IMG/VR virus record: IMGVR_UViG_3300020460_000013
Span: 1-64,000 of that record
Reading direction: 5' to 3' (one strand)
Length of the DNA stretch: 64,000 bases
From: a virus
Lineage: Duplodnaviria > Caudoviricetes
A program made the position numbers and the translations under genes. Below the pieces are notes generated by a model. The model was not told the origin of the DNA, did not search any database, and saw only the letters and a list, made by a program, of their open reading frames with translations. This document shows, one piece after another, positions 57,989 to 64,000 of the stretch. Each line of letters opens with the position of its first letter. Position 1 is the first letter of the stretch.

Positions 57989-58182
57989 TAGCCCTCTCTC
58001 ATAATACGTTGGAAAACTATTATCAATTAAATTTCCAACTTATGCAACATCACAAGTATTCTTTAACAGAACTAGAATATATGATGCCATGGGAGAGGGA
58101 GATATACACTAAATTACTTCTTCAATGGTTAGATGATGAAAAAACCGCTGAAAGACAAGCGAAAGCAGATGGAAAAAGATAA
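57985..58182 (+). CDS. gp51: gp51-like baseplate hub assembly catalyst in the -1 frame of gp26
   Basis: LVALSHNTLENYYQLNFQLMQHHKYSLTELEYMMPWEREIY...; no good RBS/start of its own. Not in the ORF track. Confidence 0.85.
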   Translation, partial: LVALSHNTLENYYQLNFQLMQHHKYSLTELEYMMPWEREIYTKLLLQWLDDEKTAERQAKADGKR

Positions 58183-58201
58183 ATAGAACAAGGAGAACAC
58201 T

Positions 58202-58324
58202 ATGGATTGTACTTGTAATAATAAATGTAAAAAATGCAATCATGAATGTCATTGTGAAAAACAATGTGAAGAATGTGTTAATGATGTTTGTACTGGTTGC
58301 GAATGTGATAATTGTAACTGTTAG
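58202..58324 (+). CDS. Metallothionein-like peptide (40 aa, 13 Cys)
   Basis: MDCTCNNKCKKCNHECHCEKQCEECVNDVCTGCECDNCNC; AGGAGA RBS. Not in the ORF track. Confidence 0.75.
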   Translation: MDCTCNNKCKKCNHECHCEKQCEECVNDVCTGCECDNCNC

Positions 58325-58377
58325 TGGTAGACTTTATATCACTCAAACATCACTTGGATTATAGAGAGGAAAGTAAA

Positions 58378-58704
58378 ATGGCTGCACAAAAGAAATTAGA
58401 AAAAGGTTCACAATATGCAGATTTTGATGTGGACGGCGATGGAATAGTAAGTGATGAGGAAATTGAGATGAGCAAAGAAATGATGAGATTAGAGAATGAA
58501 GATAAAAAGGCCGATGCACAACGTAACATGGCGTGGTTTGCATTGTTTGGTATGTTGTTGTATCCTTTTTCAGTAGTTCTTGCAGAGTGGATTGGATTAG
58601 ATAAAGCGAGTGGTATACTAGGTGATATGGCTCCAACATATTTTGTATCAGTTGCAGCCATAGTCGCAGCTTTCTATGCAAAAGAAACCTTTGCGAAAAA
58701 ATAG
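58378..58704 (+). CDS. EF-hand-like loop plus two-TM membrane protein (108 aa)
   Basis: DVDGDGIVSDEE followed by two hydrophobic helices; GAGGA RBS before ATG 58378. Confidence 0.75.
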   Translation: MAAQKKLEKGSQYADFDVDGDGIVSDEEIEMSKEMMRLENEDKKADAQRNMAWFALFGMLLYPFSVVLAEWIGLDKASGILGDMAPTYFVSVAAIVAAFYAKETFAKK

Positions 58705-58713
58705 GACAGAGAA

Positions 58714-60588
58714 ATGGTAGAAGTAAGTTTTGGTGGCGCTAAAGATTTCAAAACCTTAGTTTCAGAACAACAAGCAAACAATAAAGGTCAAGAAGGACTT
58801 TTGAAAGTATTAGAAGATATATCTGATACTCAAAATCAAATGGCCCAAGCACAAGGTGTTGAACTGCAAGACAAAAACAAAACTGATGCAAAAGAAACAG
58901 AAGATAAAAGAGAACAACTGTCAATATTTAAAGTTATAAAAAAAGGTATCTTTAGTGTTACCAGTGGTGTAGGTAATCTAACTGGTATTATAGAAAAAAG
59001 TGCATTAGATTCTGCAAAAAAAGCAGGTACTAGTCTTTTAGGTATTGCAAAAAAGTTCTTGTTTGGTGGTGCTCTAATTGCATTATTAGGGTTTCTGGAT
59101 AGTGAGGAATGGCCCAAGATAACAGAAAAAGCACTTGCAATTGCAGATGGTATAAAAAAGTTTGTTTTAAGTCCTTTTTGGCCTGCACTAAAAGATTTTG
59201 TATTTTCACCATCATGGGAAGAATTAAAAACTTTATTTAGTGATTATACTGTTGAAATGGGAACAATAAGTGCAGTTGTAGGTACTTGGGCGATAGTTAA
59301 AATAGTTGGTATCGTAACAAAACTTGGTGCAGCTTTTACTGCAATCGCTGCTGGTCTAACTGCGATTGGTGGAGTCATAGGATTAGGTGCAGCTGCTACT
59401 GGTGCAGTTATCGTTGCAATAGTAGCAGGAATTTTGTTAACTGCAAAAGGATTGTATGATGCATTTAAAAGTTTTATGGATACTTGGAAAGAAACTGGTA
59501 GTATTATGGAAGCGATAAAACAAGCTGGTATAGAATTTTATTCTACTATCATAGGACTTCCACTTGATTTATTAAAAGATCTAACGTCTTATCTCTTAAA
59601 TGCACTTGGATTTGAAGAGATAGCTGCAAAACTTGATAGTTTTTCTTTTGAGGATATTATCAATGGATTTCTACAAAATGTAAGTGATTTTATTAGTAAT
59701 ATGTTTACTGCAGCCATAGCTGCATTTACTCCATCAGATGCATTTATTGAAAGAATAACTGGTATATATGATGACCTTGTAGGATTTTTTACCTCTATAC
59801 CAGACACAGTAGGTCAAAAAATTGAAGATATAAGAAGTTTCTTTGCAAACCTAAATCTTTTTGGTAGTATTAGAGAGTTCTTTGAAAACCTAGATCTTTT
59901 TGGTGATATTAGAGAGTTCTTTGCTAACTTAGATATTTTTGGTAGTTTACGAACTTTTTTAACCACATTTGACCCATTTAAAGATGTAAGAGATGTATTA
60001 GCTAACTTAAAACTACCAGAACTTCCAGACATAAGTGAATTGTTTGAAAAGACAGTAAAAAAAGTTACAGATTTCTTTGGTGGTTTATTTGATATAAATG
60101 TTAAAGATATTGCAAGAGCAGTTATACCAGACTTTTTAGAGGGGTACATACCATTTTTGAAAAATGATACACCAGTTGAAGAAACAGTTCAAGAACCAGC
60201 TGATGTTGAATTAGAAGAATTAGTAAAAACACCAACTGATGAACAAAAAAGGATTCAAGTTCAAACAGAAATACAAGAAGCAAAAGATAGAATTGCAAGA
60301 TCAGAGTCTGGTGAAAATGTTTACAAAGGTCTTGATTACAAAGGAAGAAATCAAGATAGAAAACTTGTCGAACAATTAACTACAGAGTTAAAAACACTAT
60401 TAGGTAGTGCAGTTGCACAAGCAAATAATGAACTTGCAGAAGAAAAAAGAACTGGTGGTGGTAGTCCAATAATTACTAATAATAATGTTGTAAATAATAA
60501 TAATGTAAGTGGTGGTGGTTCTGGTGGCCCAGCTGTTCCTTATCCTGTTAGAGATTTAACCATTCCTAATTTTACATTTCCTATTTAA
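58714..60588 (+). CDS. Probable tape measure protein (gp29 equivalent, 624 aa)
   Basis: Helical, hydrophobic G/A-rich segment, aromatic periodic repeats, N-rich C-terminus; downstream of gp26/gp51. Confidence 0.65.
   Translation: MVEVSFGGAKDFKTLVSEQQANNKGQEGLLKVLEDISDTQNQMAQAQGVELQDKNKTDAKETEDKREQLSIFKVIKKGIFSVTSGVGNLTGIIEKSALDSAKKAGTSLLGIAKKFLFGGALIALLGFLDSEEWPKITEKALAIADGIKKFVLSPFWPALKDFVFSPSWEELKTLFSDYTVEMGTISAVVGTWAIVKIVGIVTKLGAAFTAIAAGLTAIGGVIGLGAAATGAVIVAIVAGILLTAKGLYDAFKSFMDTWKETGSIMEAIKQAGIEFYSTIIGLPLDLLKDLTSYLLNALGFEEIAAKLDSFSFEDIINGFLQNVSDFISNMFTAAIAAFTPSDAFIERITGIYDDLVGFFTSIPDTVGQKIEDIRSFFANLNLFGSIREFFENLDLFGDIREFFANLDIFGSLRTFLTTFDPFKDVRDVLANLKLPELPDISELFEKTVKKVTDFFGGLFDINVKDIARAVIPDFLEGYIPFLKNDTPVEETVQEPADVELEELVKTPTDEQKRIQVQTEIQEAKDRIARSESGENVYKGLDYKGRNQDRKLVEQLTTELKTLLGSAVAQANNELAEEKRTGGGSPIITNNNVVNNNNVSGGGSGGPAVPYPVRDLTIPNFTFPI
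59833..59949 (+). repeat. 39-bp (13-aa) tandem repeat x3 in the tape measure candidate
   Basis: RSFFANLNLFGSI / REFFENLDLFGDI / REFFANLDIFGSL. Confidence 0.85.
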
Positions 60589-60589
60589 T

Positions 60590-61072
60590 TTACCAAAGAC
60601 CTCTTCTTACACCAGCTGCATAAATGAGTAAACCCATTGCAGTAGCAGCGATTCCTAATACAACTACAACTGCGATTATCTCAATAACTTTTCTTCTCAT
60701 CTCTTGTTGTGCATAAATCGCTTGTTGTCTTTTCTTTCTAATATCTGCTTCAGTTCTAACCAATTCATCCCATGCAGACATACCTCTTGAAAGTATAATG
60801 ATTTGTTTGAGTTGATCTCTCATATCTTCTGCTTTTTTCTTCGCCATGAATGTTTGCATAGCCTCTTCTTCAACTGAACCAGCGGCGAACAGTTTTTTAA
60901 ATAGTGGTGGTCTTTTACTATATTCCTCACACTTCTTAATATCAGATACAGCGCCCATCCAACGTGACAAATCACCAGCCATGGACTCTACATCTCTTCC
61001 GACTTCAAAACCTTTTTTAATTGTTGTGAAGGCAGCTGTGGCAGCTGCCAAAGCTGTAACTGGATCTATCAT
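60590..61072 (-). CDS. Conserved membrane protein (160 aa)
   Basis: MIDPVTALAAATAAF..IKKG...GRDVESM motif; C-terminal TM. Confidence 0.8.
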   Translation of the reverse strand: MIDPVTALAAATAAFTTIKKGFEVGRDVESMAGDLSRWMGAVSDIKKCEEYSKRPPLFKKLFAAGSVEEEAMQTFMAKKKAEDMRDQLKQIIILSRGMSAWDELVRTEADIRKKRQQAIYAQQEMRRKVIEIIAVVVVLGIAATAMGLLIYAAGVRRGLW

Positions 61073-61107
61073 CCTCTCTCCTTTAGATCACAGTACTATT
61101 TAGGGAT

Positions 61108-61141
61108 AAAAAAAAGTCAGAGATACTCTCTCTGACTTTTT
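61108..61141 (-). terminator. Intrinsic terminator after gene 32
   Basis: AAAAAGTCAGAGA/TCTCTGACTTTTT inverted repeat. Confidence 0.85.
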
Positions 61142-61168
61142 GTCACATTATTTTGTTTTGATAACGAA

Positions 61169-62059
61169 TTATTCGTTAGCAAGTTTCTCAAAATAGTTCA
61201 TTGCATCATCATCTTCACTTGTTGATGCAAGTTCTGGAGCTGGTTCAGATTTAAATGTTGGTTTAAAATCTGTACTATCTTCCTCAACCATTTGAGCAGC
61301 AGACTTACCTGTAGTTACAGAACCTGTAAGGACAGCATCAAGACGAGTCTTCAACTCATCATAAGATTTGAAATTAGATGGTGCAGTAAAATCTTTTAGT
61401 GAATACTGTGTATTCCAGATCTTTTCCATCTCATCATCACTATCGTTTAGTTTAGATGGTTTATCAAATTCTGATTTATCATAGTTCCAATAACCATCAA
61501 CCTTACGAATTTTCAATTTGAAATTTGCACCTTCCCACAAATCAAATGGATTGATAGGAGTTTCATCTTCAAATGCAGGCTGCATCGCTTCACTAAGTTT
61601 GTCAAATATTTTCTTTCCATATCTGAAAAGAAATACTTTACCTTGATTACTAGGATTTACACTATCACTTACTACATAAATGTTTGAGTAGTATTGTAAT
61701 TTGCGTTTTTGTTTACGAGCAATTTCTTTATCGCTCTCAACACCAGAGTTCCACAACTGTGTGTTATACTCTGAAACAGGGTCTTTCTGATTAATGGTGG
61801 TAAGAGAGTTCTCTATATACCATTGACCAGTAGGCCCTTGAAACGCATGATTCCAAACACGAACCCAAGGCATTTCCTCATCCTTAGATGCTGGTAAAAA
61901 TCTTATAACTGCATAACCATTTCCAGCTTTGTCAACTTGTGGTTTCCAAAGTCTTTCATCTACATAAGATTTTTTATCTGTGGTTGGGGTTTCGTCCTTT
62001 TGGACTTGTGCAAGTAATTTGTCCAGACTACTCTGGTTTCTAAGTGCTGAAATAGACAT
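61169..62059 (-). CDS. gp32: Single-stranded DNA-binding protein gp32
   Basis: DKAGNGYAVIRFLP, WYIENSLTT, FRYGKKIFDK, acidic YFEKLANE tail. Confidence 0.96.
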   Translation of the reverse strand: MSISALRNQSSLDKLLAQVQKDETPTTDKKSYVDERLWKPQVDKAGNGYAVIRFLPASKDEEMPWVRVWNHAFQGPTGQWYIENSLTTINQKDPVSEYNTQLWNSGVESDKEIARKQKRKLQYYSNIYVVSDSVNPSNQGKVFLFRYGKKIFDKLSEAMQPAFEDETPINPFDLWEGANFKLKIRKVDGYWNYDKSEFDKPSKLNDSDDEMEKIWNTQYSLKDFTAPSNFKSYDELKTRLDAVLTGSVTTGKSAAQMVEEDSTDFKPTFKSEPAPELASTSEDDDAMNYFEKLANE

Positions 62060-62129
62060 ATTATTCTCCTATGTTAATATATGTTTTTCGTATGTTTAAA
62101 TATGTCACTTGATTCATAATATATAACTT

Positions 62130-62160
62130 TATTTATATCATTTACACAATTGAATGTCAA
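62130..62160 (-). promoter_or_regulatory. Overlapping sigma70 and late promoters for gene 32
   Basis: TTGACA-17-TATAAA, whose -10 box extends to TATAAATA. Confidence 0.8.
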
Positions 62161-62166
62161 TATATT

Positions 62167-62523
62167 TTAGTCATCTTTTTCGTGTAATGATGGGGTATTT
62201 TCGTATGTACCAGTAAACTTAATTCCAAGTTCTTGTGCTTGTTCAAAAGTTAACTTGTCAAATTTCTGAAAATGTTCTTCTTCCCTTTCTACAAGAGCTT
62301 CTTGAATTGACTTATCCGATTGAACATCATGATTAGTACCAATTCTTTCTAGTGTATCTTCTACAGATGGTTGATTGTCATGACTTGCAGCCCATTCTGC
62401 ATAAGTCAATCCTTCTGTTATCTTACGAATTTTTATATCTTCTATAGTTTGTTCTATGAACGAAACTTCTTCTTTTATTTTTTTAAGACTTAATCTAAGT
62501 CTAGTGTATTCATCTCTTTCCAT
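62167..62523 (-). CDS. Hypothetical protein (118 aa)
   Basis: GGAG RBS; coiled-coil N-terminus. Confidence 0.7.
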   Translation of the reverse strand: MERDEYTRLRLSLKKIKEEVSFIEQTIEDIKIRKITEGLTYAEWAASHDNQPSVEDTLERIGTNHDVQSDKSIQEALVEREEEHFQKFDKLTFEQAQELGIKFTGTYENTPSLHEKDD

Positions 62524-63250
62524 TTAAATTCTCCATCATTGGAAATATTTTTGAAATTTCGATTGCACAACCTTCTGCAACTTGCATATGTTCTTTCTGT
62601 GTACCATTTGCAGTTCTTAACTCTATGTAGTGTACCCATGATCTTAGTGTTCCATTCATAAGTATTCTACTCTTAGTCAAACCCTCTGGTAATACTACAC
62701 GAGCTTGTTCTTTTGCAATACCATTTTTTATCGCCCATTCATAAACTTCTTTAGATTGTTTGATAATACCATGTTGTTTGCGTTGCCATTCAGTTATGAG
62801 TTCTTGTTTTGATTGATCCAATTGTATTGATGGATCATTTTCTATTTCTATAGAGTTTTGTCTATTAGTACTGTCTTGTAATCTACACTCACGTACAGTA
62901 AATGCATCACCCATATCATTTGGATTTGCATATCTTTGACTAAACTCTTGAAATGAGAAACTTCTATGTCTTACAATTTGGTGTGCGATATCTCTTGTTG
63001 TTTCTATCTCTATGCAAGCGCTAGCCATCTCCAATGGCGACCAGTGTTTGTGTTTAATGAGATATAAGATAAGTTTCTGCGCTGTCTTTTTGTTAAATTG
63101 GTTTGATGGATTGGAAACACGAGCACAGTACGAAATGAGATCTTGTACATCTGTTAATCCTTCTTCTGAAAAATTTTCTGTTGGTGTCGAGTACGACACT
63201 AGTTTTACGTTTGGTGTCAAGTTATTTATTCCTTGTTTTTCGGTCACCAT
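62510..63250 (-). CDS. thyX: Flavin-dependent thymidylate synthase
   Basis: HWSPLE, QIVRHRSFSFQEFSQRY, EQARVVLP. Confidence 0.95.
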   Translation of the reverse strand: MVTEKQGINNLTPNVKLVSYSTPTENFSEEGLTDVQDLISYCARVSNPSNQFNKKTAQKLILYLIKHKHWSPLEMASACIEIETTRDIAHQIVRHRSFSFQEFSQRYANPNDMGDAFTVRECRLQDSTNRQNSIEIENDPSIQLDQSKQELITEWQRKQHGIIKQSKEVYEWAIKNGIAKEQARVVLPEGLTKSRILMNGTLRSWVHYIELRTANGTQKEHMQVAEGCAIEISKIFPMMENLNGKR

Positions 63251-63253
63251 ACT

Positions 63254-63451
63254 TTATTTCGCCTCTTCACAACTTAACTGTACTGTGTAATATTCATTAG
63301 TTTCCCACCAAGACCAATTATCTAGATTGGCCTTTTTATTACATTTTTCAATAGTCATAGGTTCATTTAGAACATATTGATTTCCTATATAGACCCAATC
63401 AGTTCCATTATTACCCCATAATGAAACTACAAGTACAAATAATTTATCCAT
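63254..63451 (-). CDS. Hypothetical exported protein (65 aa)
   Basis: GAGG RBS; hydrophobic N-terminus; Cys pair. Confidence 0.7.
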   Translation of the reverse strand: MDKLFVLVVSLWGNNGTDWVYIGNQYVLNEPMTIEKCNKKANLDNWSWWETNEYYTVQLSCEEAK

Positions 63452-63460
63452 TATAAATCC

Positions 63461-63673
63461 TCAATTAACCTTTCTTTTTTGTTTAAAAGATCTTAAAGAA
63501 GTTATCTCTTCAACTCTTTTAGATAAAACTTGATCACGTTTAATTAATTCTGCATTATCATATTCCAGAGTTTTTATCCTACCTTTTAGCTCATTCATTT
63601 TTGCACGATAAAAATCTCTTTCTCTAACAAGTTTACTTTTATTATTAGAGTGCATTTCTTTTTCCACGATCAT
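63461..63673 (-). CDS. Coiled-coil hypothetical protein (70 aa)
   Basis: Start moved to MIVEKE, which has AAGGAG and an ATGA overlap with gp59. Confidence 0.65.
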   Translation of the reverse strand: MIVEKEMHSNNKSKLVRERDFYRAKMNELKGRIKTLEYDNAELIKRDQVLSKRVEEITSLRSFKQKRKVN

Positions 63674-64000
63674 ATCTCCTTTAGTAATTGTAGAAGTTTC
63701 ATTTTGCATTTTTGTTTGTCAAAGCATAAAAATGAACTGTACTTTGTAACCATTCTTCTTATATCTGGCCATATTAAGTCTTGTTTTAAATCTCTGTCAA
63801 ACTGTTTCATGTAGTTGACCAAACTTTGTAGTATCACCATAGTTTCCAAACTAATTCTTTTTGCAAGATAAGATTTGATAAGAGTTGGATGTTTACCAGA
63901 CTCGCACTTAAATATGTTATCAAAACTTTCTTGAGAAACTAAATGTGACATATCTCTAATAAAGTTATATGTCAACGATTGTTGATTTTTAGACCACTCT
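63670..64000 (-). CDS. gp59: Helicase loader gp59, C-terminal part (5' end outside the window)
   Basis: QSLTYNF, HPTLIKSYL...ISLET, KYSSFL; frame is open to the window edge. Confidence 0.85.
   Translation of the reverse strand, partial: EWSKNQQSLTYNFIRDMSHLVSQESFDNIFKCESGKHPTLIKSYLAKRISLETMVILQSLVNYMKQFDRDLKQDLIWPDIRRMVTKYSSFLCFDKQKCKMKLLQLLKEI

Noticed and set aside
58324-58681. GTG start at 58324 and the antisense ORFs 58343..58681 and 58359..58661
   Set aside because: ATG 58378 has the RBS; the antisense ORFs are shadows.

Overview
This is a 64-kb, AT-rich segment of a T4-like myophage resembling marine Kyanoviridae or pelagiphage-type genomes; the host is probably an alphaproteobacterium (inference). 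1-41 kb (minus strand) is a late structural block: a large array of fibre, adaptor and adhesin genes, a DUF4815-type 2220-aa protein, and baseplate genes gp8, gp9/10-like, gp7, gp6, gp25, a thermonuclease, PAAR and a split gp5 whose halves each carry an M15 peptidase. 41-51.3 kb is a block of small early genes driven by near-consensus sigma70 promoters. 51.4-64 kb holds a small OMP, a zeta-like kinase, gp27-like, gp53, gp48, gp4, gp2, gp54, gp26/gp51, a tape-measure candidate, gp32, thyX and gp59. The strongest unusual signals are: (1) every minus-strand early promoter at 42-51.3 kb carries YGATTCG, a CcrM GANTC site matching the GcrA-preferred motif; (2) a -1 frameshift signal (slippery heptamer plus an 11-bp stem) joins gp26 to a start-less gp51; (3) gp5 is split inside a small domain whose two halves lie in different ORFs; (4) a repeated plug-and-socket gene pattern runs through the fibre genes; (5) there is an unannotated 40-aa metallothionein-like ORF, and two fibre proteins carry cupredoxin-like ligand sets. 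Family names come from motif recall, not from database searches.
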